Source: an uncultured Eggerthellaceae bacterium
GTDB taxonomy: Bacteria > Actinomycetota > Coriobacteriia > Coriobacteriales > Eggerthellaceae
Assembly (NCBI GenBank): GCA_965147515.1
Contig: CBCTKQ010000001.1
Coordinates: 1 to 40,096 of the forward strand
Direction: 5' to 3'
Length of the DNA: 40,096 bases
The notes beneath the pieces were generated by a model that saw only the letters and a list, made by a program, of their open reading frames with translations, ran no database searches and was not told where the DNA came from. The position numbers and the translations under genes are program-made. Shown one piece after another: positions 32,483 through 40,096 of the stretch (the first letter of the stretch is position 1; every line of letters begins with the position of its first letter).

Positions 32483-32597
32483 CGCGAGGAATCGACCCGA
32501 CCCCATTGTTGCGCAGGCGAAAGGCGGCTGCTTTATGCGGGCGCCTTTCTCTATAGTGCGCCATTGGAACGCATCCAATGGCGCACTCGGTGCGATT

Positions 32598-34037
32598 TTA
32601 CTGTATGCCTGGAATGCTTGGGATGGTGGCGAAGCCCTGCTCCAGCTCCTCGTCGGAAGGCACGTGGTCGACCATCTCGCCGTTGCGGTGCGCGTCGTAG
32701 GCGAACATGTCGAAGTAGCCCGTGCCGGTCAGCCCGAACAGGATCGTCTTCGCCTCGCCGGTCTCGGCGCACTTCTTCGCCTCGTTCATGGCCGCCAGTA
32801 TGGCGTGCGCGCTTTCCGGCGCGGGCAGGATGGTCTCCAGCCGCGCGAACTCCTCGGCCGCCTCGAACACGTCGGTCTGTTTCACCGCGACGGCCTCCAT
32901 GTAGCCGTCGTGCTTCAGCTTCGACACGATGGGGCTCATTCCGTGGTAGCGAAGGCCGCCGGCGTGGTCGGGCGAGGGCAGGAAGCCGTTGCCCAGCGTG
33001 TACATCTTCACAAGCGGGCAGGTTTGGCCGGTGTCGGCGTAGTCGTAGGCGTAGCGGCCGCGCGTCAGGCTGGGGCAGCTGGCCGGCTCCACGGCGATGA
33101 AGCGCGTGTCGGGCTTGTTGCCCTTCAGCTTCTCGCGCATGAACGGCGCGATCAGGCCGCCCAGGTTCGATCCGCCGCCGGCGCACCCGATGACGATGTC
33201 GGGGTATTCGCCAAGCTCCTCGAAGGCGGCGTAGCTTTCAAGCCCGATGATCGACTGGTGCAGCACCACCTGGTTCAGCACGCTTCCAAGCTGGTAGCGG
33301 CCCTTGTTCTGGGGAACGTTCATCGCGCGTTCCACCGCCTCCGATATGGCGGTTCCCAGCGAGCCCGTTGAGTCGGGGTGCTCGGCCAGCATCTTCTTGC
33401 CGATCTCGGTGGTGTCGGACGGCGAGGGGGTGATGGTGGCGTTGAACGTGCGCATGATCGATCGGCGGAACGGCTTCTGCTCGTACGAGCACTTCACCAT
33501 GAACACGTCCAGGTCGACGTCGTAGTGGTCGGCGGCCTCAGCCAGCGCGGTGCCCCACTGTCCGGCGCCCGTCTCGGTGGTGATCTTGTCCAGCCCCTGC
33601 TGCTTGGCGTAGTACGCCTGCGCCAGCGCCGAGTTCAGCTTGTGCGAGCCCGAGGTGTTGTTGCCCTCGAACTTGTAGTAGATCTTGGCGGGCGTGTTCA
33701 GGAAGCGTTCGAGGTTGTAGGCGCGGCACAGCGGCGACGGGCGGTACACCTTGTACATCTCCTGCACGCCCTCGGGGATGTCGAAGTAGGCCGTCTCGTC
33801 GTCCAGTTCCTGCCTCACAAGCTCGTCGCAGAAGACGGGCGAGATGTCGTCGAAGGTTGCCACCTGGCCGTTGGGTAGGCGCATGGGCTCGGGGGGTTCG
33901 GGCATGTCGGCGCGGATGTTGTACCACTGCGTGGGGATCTGCTCCTCTCGCAGGTACAGCCTGTAGGGGGCTGCGGACGTTCCCGTCCCGTCCTTCGCGG
34001 CGCCTTGCTTCGTCTCTTCCTTGAGTCCTTCGGCCAT
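32598..34037 (-). CDS. TrpB-like pyridoxal-phosphate-dependent enzyme (TrpB2 clade of tryptophan synthase beta)
   Basis: 479 aa. The PLP-lysine context is GNNTSGSHKLNSAL. GCAGGGSN, TETGAGQWG and the N-terminal extension IPTQWYNIxxD are typical of TrpB2. GAAAGGAG RBS. Confidence 0.85.
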   Translation of the reverse strand: MAEGLKEETKQGAAKDGTGTSAAPYRLYLREEQIPTQWYNIRADMPEPPEPMRLPNGQVATFDDISPVFCDELVRQELDDETAYFDIPEGVQEMYKVYRPSPLCRAYNLERFLNTPAKIYYKFEGNNTSGSHKLNSALAQAYYAKQQGLDKITTETGAGQWGTALAEAADHYDVDLDVFMVKCSYEQKPFRRSIMRTFNATITPSPSDTTEIGKKMLAEHPDSTGSLGTAISEAVERAMNVPQNKGRYQLGSVLNQVVLHQSIIGLESYAAFEELGEYPDIVIGCAGGGSNLGGLIAPFMREKLKGNKPDTRFIAVEPASCPSLTRGRYAYDYADTGQTCPLVKMYTLGNGFLPSPDHAGGLRYHGMSPIVSKLKHDGYMEAVAVKQTDVFEAAEEFARLETILPAPESAHAILAAMNEAKKCAETGEAKTILFGLTGTGYFDMFAYDAHRNGEMVDHVPSDEELEQGFATIPSIPGIQ

Positions 34038-34268
34038 GGTGTTCTCCTTTCGTCGGCCGTTTCTTTCCCATGCAATAAAAAGACCCCCGTTACCGAGGGT
34101 CTCAAGATGCGCATGAGTATGAGTTTCGATAACCCGGTCCGGTATTTGGTTTTAACGCCACCACTTTCCACCAAGCACCGTGGTGCTTGGGATGCAGAAA
34201 TCTATGCGAGCGGCGGTGTTCAAGCCAATGCCTTTCCTTGGGTTGCGTGGAAGTATAGCACAAAAAAC
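34038..34268 (-). promoter_or_regulatory. 231-nt structured leader between the MFS stop and the trpB2 start (candidate attenuator/riboswitch)
   Basis: It contains a 9-bp hairpin CCAAGCACC/GGTGCTTGG, a TGGTGG..GTGGTGG tract, and an intrinsic terminator ending only about 36 nt before the trpB2 ATG. Confidence 0.55.
34074..34102 (-). terminator. intrinsic terminator inside the trpB2 leader
   Basis: Minus strand: AGACCCUCG-GUAA-CGGGGGUCU (9 bp, GNRA loop) followed by UUUUAUU. Confidence 0.8.
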
Positions 34269-35606
34269 CTACTGCCTGGTGTTGGGCTGCTGGTTGCGCC
34301 TGCCTTCCTTCGGGCGGATGAAGAAGGCGCAAACCAGCATCACGATGGAAAGCGGAACCATCGTCACCAGCGCTGCCTCCAGGTAGCTCATGCCGCCGTC
34401 TAGCAGCATGCCGTACACGGGCGAGAAGCAGTTGCCGACGCACTGCGAGAACTGCAGCACCGACATGCCCATGGTGGCCGCCATGGCCGACTGGAACATG
34501 ATGGTGGGGGCCAGCGGGCGAAGGCCGCCCCCGCCGAGGCCGGCGCAGAGGCCCATAAGCACGACGCCGGTCCACAGCAGGATTTCGTTCCCCGACTGGA
34601 ACAGCATGTAGAAAGTGACCATGTACAGAACCGCAACCAGCATGGGGATGATGCGCTTCATGTTGCCCGGAAGCTTCTGCATGATGGCGCCGCCCACGGG
34701 GTTTGACACGAGCCCTATGCCCGTGACCACGGCCAGCGCGCCTCCTGCCGCGGCCTCGGTCCAGCCGTAGCCGGCCGGGGCGTCAGACTGCAGGAAGGTG
34801 GGAAGGTACGTGTTCACGATGCCGGTCTGCCCTGCGATGAATATCGCGAACACTATGCCCAGCATCCATATCTTGTAGTTCTTCAGCAGCTTCATGCATT
34901 CTCCGAAGCTGCCTTCCACGTTGTAGCTGGTCCCTTCGCCCTCGGGCACCTTGTAGAACACCCAGAAGAGCACCAGCGCCGCCGCCGCGAACGCGATTAC
35001 GAACCAGAAGACGCCCTGCCACCCGGCCGTGGCCGCGATCTGCGGGCACACGATGGAGTCAAGCGTGATAGAAAGGGGCACCCAGCAGCACCAAAGGCCC
35101 AGGGCGAAACCACGCGTCTTCTCGGGAAACCACAGGGTTATGAGCGTCGGGGCCGCCACGCCCACCAGGCCTATGCCCGTGCCTTCCACGAACCGGCCGA
35201 TCATCAGCGTGGCCACGTTGTCGCCGCCAAGCACTTCCACGAGGCCGCCCACGATGACCCCCAGCGCCGAAAGCGCAATCGTGTTCCGCAGGCCTATCCT
35301 GCGGCATATGAACGCCGCGGGGAACGCCAGCAGGATGCCGATCAGCGACACCAGCGTCATGAGCCATCCGAATCCGGCCGCGTCTAGCCCGAAGCATCCT
35401 TCGGGGCTGATGCCCGGTATGTAGATGAAGTAGGTGGGGATTGAAACCAGTTTGAACTGCGCGAGCGGCGCGGCGAAGCTTATCAAGAACGTGACGACCC
35501 ATATCACCCAGGCGTAGGCCGGCGTCTTCTGCGGCGGGTTCTGGTGGTGTATGGGGGAGTCTGCGACTGCGCGCGCCTTGTCCTCTGCGATGGCTTGGGC
35601 GGTCAT
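34269..35606 (-). CDS. MFS transporter
   Basis: 445 aa, 12 TM, with motifs GRFVEGTGIG and FPEKTRG. It lies upstream of trpB2 on the same strand. Confidence 0.8.
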   Translation of the reverse strand: MTAQAIAEDKARAVADSPIHHQNPPQKTPAYAWVIWVVTFLISFAAPLAQFKLVSIPTYFIYIPGISPEGCFGLDAAGFGWLMTLVSLIGILLAFPAAFICRRIGLRNTIALSALGVIVGGLVEVLGGDNVATLMIGRFVEGTGIGLVGVAAPTLITLWFPEKTRGFALGLWCCWVPLSITLDSIVCPQIAATAGWQGVFWFVIAFAAAALVLFWVFYKVPEGEGTSYNVEGSFGECMKLLKNYKIWMLGIVFAIFIAGQTGIVNTYLPTFLQSDAPAGYGWTEAAAGGALAVVTGIGLVSNPVGGAIMQKLPGNMKRIIPMLVAVLYMVTFYMLFQSGNEILLWTGVVLMGLCAGLGGGGLRPLAPTIMFQSAMAATMGMSVLQFSQCVGNCFSPVYGMLLDGGMSYLEAALVTMVPLSIVMLVCAFFIRPKEGRRNQQPNTRQ

Positions 35607-35675
35607 GTGGAACCTTTCTCTCAGTTTCTTGGATACAGGTTGTTCGCCGGCGTTGCGGGCCGGGCCCTTTACTGG

Positions 35676-35840
35676 CTAGTCGAGCTCCAGCAGCCTCTTC
35701 ACCTCTTCGAGCTCGCCGATGATGAACTCGTCAAGAGAATGCGCCGCGTCGTCGCCGTGCTCGGAGTTCATGTTCTTGACAAGCTTGATGACGTTGTCGA
35801 TGCGGACCACTGCCGACATCTCGTTGTAGCTCGTGTTCAT
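35676..35840 (-). CDS. small acidic helical protein, 54 aa (below the ORF-track cutoff)
   Basis: ATG at 35840 is preceded by AGGAGGAACGA. Peptide: MNTSYNEMSAVVRIDNVIKLVKNMNSEHGDDAAHSLDEFIIGELEEVKRLLELD. It ends 69 nt upstream of the MFS start. Confidence 0.6.
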   Translation of the reverse strand: MNTSYNEMSAVVRIDNVIKLVKNMNSEHGDDAAHSLDEFIIGELEEVKRLLELD

Positions 35841-36232
35841 TCGTTCCTCCTAATGCGGGCCTTCTTCGTGTCAACCGGCTGCATTCGAAGCTATCGGAAG
35901 GCGCGGATCGCGCGTCAGGCGGCGGTTCCGAAAAACGGGAACTTGGCGATAGGCGAGTATTAGACGCCAGTTCGAAGGCTCATACCAACGTATTGAAACA
36001 ACGCGGCTCATACCTCCGGATAGCGGGTATGAAGCGCCTTGGGGATATAAATGCAACCAGTTTCCAACCACGCGCCTGACGTCGGAAGGGCGGCGCGCGG
36101 CTGGGGCGGCCGAGGAAGACACTCGGACGCCGGCTTTGCATGACCGGCTTTGAGGGCATATGGAGAAACGGTTCGAAGCAAGGCCTTTGCCGCATGGCGA
36201 TAACGCCGTGCGACGAGAAGGAGGGAGTGGAG

Positions 36233-38605
36233 ATGGCAGAAGACGTTCTGACCAAAGACCGAAACGACATCGGCACCACCAAAGAGGAGAACCAGTTCAA
36301 CTTCGGCGCTGGCGAGCGCCCGGAGATGCAGGACTGGAAGCATCCCGGCGAGTGGCAGTACATGGAGGACGGGATGCTTGTCACCCGCACGTCCGTGTGG
36401 TCTGCGCCGGGTTGCCACGAGGGATGCGGGGTGCTGGTGTACTCCGACCCCGAGACCGGGCGCTTCATCAAGTGCGAAGGCGACCCGGACGACCCCTACA
36501 ACCGGGGTGCCCTTTGCCCGCGCTGCCTTGCCTTCAAGCAGGTGGAGTTCCATCCGGACCGCATTCTCTACCCGATGAAGCGCATCGGCGAGAGGGGCGA
36601 GAACAAGTGGGAGCGAATCAGCTGGGACGAGGCGCTGGAGACGTGCTACAAGGAGTTCCGCCGCATCGCGATGACCTACGGCGGCGACAGCATCCACTGC
36701 CTGCGCGGCACCGCCCGCGACAACCAGTGGCAAGTTGGCCGCATGGCGAACACCATGGGAAGCCCCAACGAGTACGGATTCCTTTCGGGCACGGCTTGCT
36801 ACCTGCCCCGCCTGTCGCTGATGATCATGACCTACGGCGGCATGCTGATCGCCGACTTCTCGCAGTTCAGCGCCCTGCGCTACGACGACCCAGAGTGGCA
36901 GTGCCCCGAGTGCACAATCGTCTGGGGATGCAATCCCACGATCTCGAACCCCGACTTCTTCATGGGCCACTGGGTGACCGACGCCATGAAGCTGGGATGC
37001 AAGCTGATCTCGGTGGAGCCTCGCGTGACGTGGCTGGCCGCGCATGCCGACATCCACCTGCAGCTGCGCCCCGGCACCGACACGGCTCTGGCGCTGGGCA
37101 TGATCAAGGTCATCATCGACGAGGACCTGTACGACCACGACTTCGTCGAGAAGTGGACCTACGGCTTCGACGAGCTGGCGGCACGTGCCCGCGAGCTGTC
37201 GCTTGACCAGGTGTCCGAAATGACCTGGGTCCCGAAGGAGAAGATAATCGCCGCGGCACGCATGTTCGCCAACGCGCACCCCGCCAACGTGGTGTGGGGC
37301 CTGGCCGTCGACATGCAGTCGCAGGGCACCCCGTGCGCGCAGGCCATCGCGGCGCTGTGGACCATCACGGGCAACCTGGATATCCCCGGCGGCATGTGCT
37401 ATACCGCCGCCCCCATGGGCGTCGACCAGCCTTCCGCAGGCGCCTGGGGCATCTACGACCTCATCGACGAGGAGACGCAGAAGAAGCGCGTCGGCTGGAA
37501 AGAGTACCCGATGTACCGCTACGGGCTCACCCAGGCCATGCCCGACATGTCCCTAGAGATATGCGAGGCCGGCGACGTCAAGGGCGTCTGGATCCAGACC
37601 TCCAACGGCATCGCATGCATGAGCTGCGAGACCGACCGCTGGTACAAGGCCATGAAGAAGCCTGAGTTCATCGCCGCCTGCGACGTGTTCATGACGCCGA
37701 TGATCCAGTCGAACGCCGACATCGTGCTGCCGGTGCAGACCTGGGCCGAGAAGCATTCCGTGCGTGCGCACTACTACTTCCTGTCGGCCATCACCGGCGG
37801 CTGCGCGGCCGAGGGCGAGGCGCTGTCCGACTGCGAGATCAACCGCCGCCTGGCGCAGTACTTCGACAACGACGACGAGTTCAACAAGGCCATCAACCGC
37901 CCCGAGGGCAAGCAGCACACCTGGCCCTGGGAGACCGAGGACGAGGTCTACGACGAGATCGTCAAGCCTTCCGGCTTCACGTTCCACGAGCTCATGGAGC
38001 AGGGCCCGGTCTACCAGAAGTACGTGTACAAGAAGTACGAGAAGGGCCTCATGCGCCCCGACGGCCAGCCTGGCTTCAATACCCCCACGGGCCGCATCGA
38101 GTTCTACTCCACGCTGTTCGACGCCTACGGCTACGACCCGCTGCCCTACATCGAGGAGCCGGGAATCGGCCCCGTGTCCACGCCTGACCTGTACGAGGAG
38201 TACCCGCTGATCATGATCACGGGCGCCCGCACCACCTCGTTCTTCCACTCCGAGCACAGGCAGATCCCGTACCTGCGCCAGCTGACCCCCGACCCGTGGG
38301 TGCAGATCAACCCGAAGACGGCCGCGGAGCACAACATCTCCGAAGGCGACTGGGTGTGGATCGAGAACCACCGCGGGCGTTGCCGCCAGCGCGCACGCGT
38401 CACCTGGGAGGTGTCCGAGAAGGAAATCGCCGCGCAGCACGGCTGGTGGTTCCCCGAGCAGGACGGCGCAGAGCCCAACCTCTACGGCTTCCGCCAGTCC
38501 AACATCAACCAGCTTCTGGCGAACAAGCCCGGCCGCACCGGCTTCGGCGCCGACCTTAAGTGCACGCTTGCGAAAATCTACCGCTGCAGCGAGGAGGACC
38601 TGTAA
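36233..38605 (+). CDS. molybdopterin (bis-MGD) oxidoreductase catalytic subunit, cytoplasmic, DMSO-reductase superfamily
   Basis: ATG at 36233 follows AGGAGGGAG. The N-terminal Cys group is WSAPGCHEGCG...KCEGD...LCPRC. ILYPMKRxGERGxxKWERISWDEAL, the molybdopterin domains and the C-terminal barrel (INPKTAAEHNISEGDWVWIEN) are present. There is no Tat signal. Confidence 0.85.
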   Translation: MAEDVLTKDRNDIGTTKEENQFNFGAGERPEMQDWKHPGEWQYMEDGMLVTRTSVWSAPGCHEGCGVLVYSDPETGRFIKCEGDPDDPYNRGALCPRCLAFKQVEFHPDRILYPMKRIGERGENKWERISWDEALETCYKEFRRIAMTYGGDSIHCLRGTARDNQWQVGRMANTMGSPNEYGFLSGTACYLPRLSLMIMTYGGMLIADFSQFSALRYDDPEWQCPECTIVWGCNPTISNPDFFMGHWVTDAMKLGCKLISVEPRVTWLAAHADIHLQLRPGTDTALALGMIKVIIDEDLYDHDFVEKWTYGFDELAARARELSLDQVSEMTWVPKEKIIAAARMFANAHPANVVWGLAVDMQSQGTPCAQAIAALWTITGNLDIPGGMCYTAAPMGVDQPSAGAWGIYDLIDEETQKKRVGWKEYPMYRYGLTQAMPDMSLEICEAGDVKGVWIQTSNGIACMSCETDRWYKAMKKPEFIAACDVFMTPMIQSNADIVLPVQTWAEKHSVRAHYYFLSAITGGCAAEGEALSDCEINRRLAQYFDNDDEFNKAINRPEGKQHTWPWETEDEVYDEIVKPSGFTFHELMEQGPVYQKYVYKKYEKGLMRPDGQPGFNTPTGRIEFYSTLFDAYGYDPLPYIEEPGIGPVSTPDLYEEYPLIMITGARTTSFFHSEHRQIPYLRQLTPDPWVQINPKTAAEHNISEGDWVWIENHRGRCRQRARVTWEVSEKEIAAQHGWWFPEQDGAEPNLYGFRQSNINQLLANKPGRTGFGADLKCTLAKIYRCSEEDL

Positions 38606-38973
38606 TGTCTCAACTTGGAATACTAGTCGACTACCAGTACTGCACCGGCTGCTACTCCTGCGAGGTCGCATGCCAGGCCGAGCACGAGTTCCCGCTGGAA
38701 CAGTGGGGCGTCAAGGTCATGACGAACGGCCCCTGGCCCATCCGCACCGAGGACGGCGAGCCGACCGACCAGTACGTGTACGACAACATCCCGTCGTTCA
38801 CCAGGCTCTGCGACCTGTGCGCCGAGCGCCGTTCGAAGGGCAAGCTTCCCAGCTGCGTGTTCCACTGCCAGGCGAAGTGCATGGAGTTCGGAACCGTGGA
38901 GGAGCTTTCGAAGAAGCTCGACGAGAAGCCCGAACAGTACCTCTGGGTGCCGCCCTGCGGAGGGCAAGACTAA
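38605..38973 (+). CDS. small 4Fe-4S ferredoxin-type subunit (122 aa)
   Basis: TAATG start overlap follows GAGGAGGA. Cys groups are CTGCYSCEVAC and CDLCAERRSKGKLPSCVFHCQAKC. Confidence 0.85.
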   Translation: MSQLGILVDYQYCTGCYSCEVACQAEHEFPLEQWGVKVMTNGPWPIRTEDGEPTDQYVYDNIPSFTRLCDLCAERRSKGKLPSCVFHCQAKCMEFGTVEELSKKLDEKPEQYLWVPPCGGQD

Positions 38974-39009
38974 CCACACGCCTGTAAACCGATTTCAAGG
39001 AGGAAACCC

Positions 39010-39195
39010 ATGGCAGACGGAATGGAAGACATCGTCGAGCGTCTCGACCACGTCGACGTGCGCGCTCCCCGCGAGTTCAGCCACACGGTCACCCCGCTCG
39101 AGCGCGAGCAGGGCAGGATCGACTGGCGCGTGCGCTGCTCGGAGAACATGCGCAAGATGAAGAATCACGAGGTCAACCCGATCTATCAGAAGTAG
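39010..39195 (+). CDS. hypothetical 61-aa protein
   Basis: A strong AAGGAGGA RBS lies 4-5 nt upstream, in operon position. No recognisable family. Confidence 0.55.
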   Translation: MADGMEDIVERLDHVDVRAPREFSHTVTPLEREQGRIDWRVRCSENMRKMKNHEVNPIYQK

Positions 39196-39206
39196 TCCCG
39201 GCCCGT

Positions 39207-39238
39207 TCTGCGGCATGCCTTCCAAGGCGTGCCGCAGA
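39207..39238 (+). other. 13-bp GC-rich hairpin (terminator/processing-site-like, no U-tract)
   Basis: TCTGCGGCATGCC-TTCCAA-GGCGTGCCGCAGA. Flanking bases extend the pairing with bulges. Confidence 0.55.
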
Positions 39239-39356
39239 CGGCCCATGGAATGGCTCACGCATATGGCCCTGAGCCCTTCCACGGGCCGCGCAAGCGGCGA
39301 AAGCAGCAAGCACAAGCAGGCATCGATAGCAGGCCTTGAAGGACAGGAGGGTCGCC

Positions 39357-39905
39357 ATGGACGTAGCAAAGCTTAGGGAAGAGGTAGGAAACGCGCCCAT
39401 AGGGGACCGTGCGAGGCTTGCCAAGGTGCTTGCGTTGGTGACGGTCGTCGACAACATCAAGCCCGAGTACGCTGCAGCTCTTGAAGCGGCCGAGGGCTAC
39501 CAGGACTTCCTGACGGCCGTTTACGAGGACGAGTCGAACAAGAACGCCCTGGAATGGGCCGAGATCGCCAAGCTCAAGCGTCAGAACTGGCTGCGCTTCT
39601 TCGAACCCAAGCTGCTGGTGCAGAACCTTCGCATGAAGACAGACGGCCTTCCCCTGCAGATGGGGTCAGGCGTGGTGCTGGCGCCCACGGGCAGTCGCGA
39701 CAACATCGCCAACCTCTACCTGTTCCCTTACGGCGGGTTCAACAAGAACGCTGCCGAGTTCGTCACCTCTATAGGCGGCACCTTCACGGTGGCCGACTAC
39801 GAGTTCTTCGGAATATACGGGCTGTACAAGTACCGCGGAAACGTGATCTTGGAAGAATGGGAGCCCGAACGCGACCCCGTGCACGTGCCTGACCCGCTGA
39901 ACTAG
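39357..39905 (+). CDS. hypothetical 182-aa soluble protein
   Basis: ATG at 39357 lies 6 nt after AGGAGG. No recognisable motif, and it does not look TorD-like to me. Confidence 0.55.
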   Translation: MDVAKLREEVGNAPIGDRARLAKVLALVTVVDNIKPEYAAALEAAEGYQDFLTAVYEDESNKNALEWAEIAKLKRQNWLRFFEPKLLVQNLRMKTDGLPLQMGSGVVLAPTGSRDNIANLYLFPYGGFNKNAAEFVTSIGGTFTVADYEFFGIYGLYKYRGNVILEEWEPERDPVHVPDPLN

Positions 39906-39914
39906 GAGACACCC

Positions 39915-40096
39915 ATGAGCCGCAAGAGGAAGATGACGCCTTCCCAGAAGGCCTCGGCCAGGTGGGATGACGATGCGGCCGCTTCTGCGGCCATGCGCGC
40001 GGCCGATGAGCCGTCAGTGGACGAAAAGCCTGCGAACGGCGACCACTTCGTGGTCTCGCTGGCGCTTATCGGAGTCGTGGCCACAGCGGCCATCGT
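39915..40096 (+). CDS. hypothetical membrane-anchored protein, 3' end cut by window edge
   Basis: ATG at 39915 follows AGGAGA. A basic N-terminus (MSRKRKMTPSQK) is followed by the hydrophobic FVVSLALIGVVATAAI. Confidence 0.4.
   Translation, partial: MSRKRKMTPSQKASARWDDDAAASAAMRAADEPSVDEKPANGDHFVVSLALIGVVATAAI

Noticed and set aside
34102-34263. A Trp-rich leader peptide (tandem UGG-UGG) for classical ribosome-mediated attenuation.
   Set aside because: The frame containing UGG-UGG has no ATG or GTG and no Shine-Dalgarno sequence; only TTG or CTG candidates exist. The Trp codons lie on the 3' arm of the upstream hairpin rather than in a segment-1 position. The evidence is insufficient to annotate a peptide.
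34038-34268. Calling the trpB2 leader a T-box riboswitch specific for tRNA-Trp.
   Set aside because: I could not locate the conserved T-box sequence (AANNNGGGUGGNACCGCG) or an antiterminator bulge competing with the terminator. GUGGUGGCGUUA only loosely resembles the T-box or F-box elements. The region is reported as an unclassified leader instead.
35841-36232. Possible molybdenum-cofactor (Moco) riboswitch in the 392-bp region upstream of the second molybdoenzyme (CCTCCGGATAGC ... GCGCCTTGGGG and a CATACC/GGTATG hairpin).
   Set aside because: The resemblance to the Moco motif is limited to a few short strings recalled from memory. I cannot reconstruct the conserved P1-P4 architecture. An Infernal scan with the Moco_RNA_motif model is needed before any claim.

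Overview
This is a high-GC chromosomal segment that looks actinobacterial and Coriobacteriia/Eggerthellaceae-like. That guess is an inference from gene style: membrane-embedded LuxR sensors sit next to bis-MGD molybdoenzymes. No searches were run, so all family calls rest on motifs and remembered sequences.

Layout:
- 1-12749, core genes: larE/larB/truncated larC (nickel-pincer cofactor), a class II aldolase, OPT and MFS transporters, an MprF-like flippase-domain protein, tRNA-Pro(CGG), tatA, greA and lysS.
- 12750-30691, accessory block: it sits directly after the lysS stop codon and appears to be two tandem integrative islands. Three diverging copies of the last codons of lysS (ending 12749, 25455 and 30691) and arrays of TTACGG repeats delimit them.
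- Island 1 (12750-25455): every mobility gene is broken (frameshifted and truncated parA, a sigma-like fragment, truncated AbiEii, an in-frame Xis-Int fusion). Its intact lower-GC cargo holds a DMT transporter, a multi-TM LuxR regulator, a two-subunit molybdoenzyme closely resembling pyrogallol-phloroglucinol transhydroxylase, and two paralogous NCS2 permeases with non-canonical signature motifs.
- Island 2 (25456-30691): a DUF4143-type ATPase preceded by 23-bp tandem repeats, and a TetR-controlled nitrilase / membrane protein / DMT module with a perfect 16-bp palindromic operator.
- 30692-40096, core again: a PAS hybrid histidine kinase; a minus-strand operon (unlisted 54-aa sORF, MFS, a 231-nt terminator-containing leader, TrpB2-like PLP enzyme); and a divergent second cytoplasmic molybdopterin oxidoreductase cluster with a minimal ferredoxin subunit and three unknown proteins.

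Hand GC counts of single 60-nt lines gave 40/60 at 3001-3060 and 26/60 at 13861-13920.

The best candidate for an undescribed system is the island-borne module of LuxR, transhydroxylase-like enzyme and dual NCS2 permeases.
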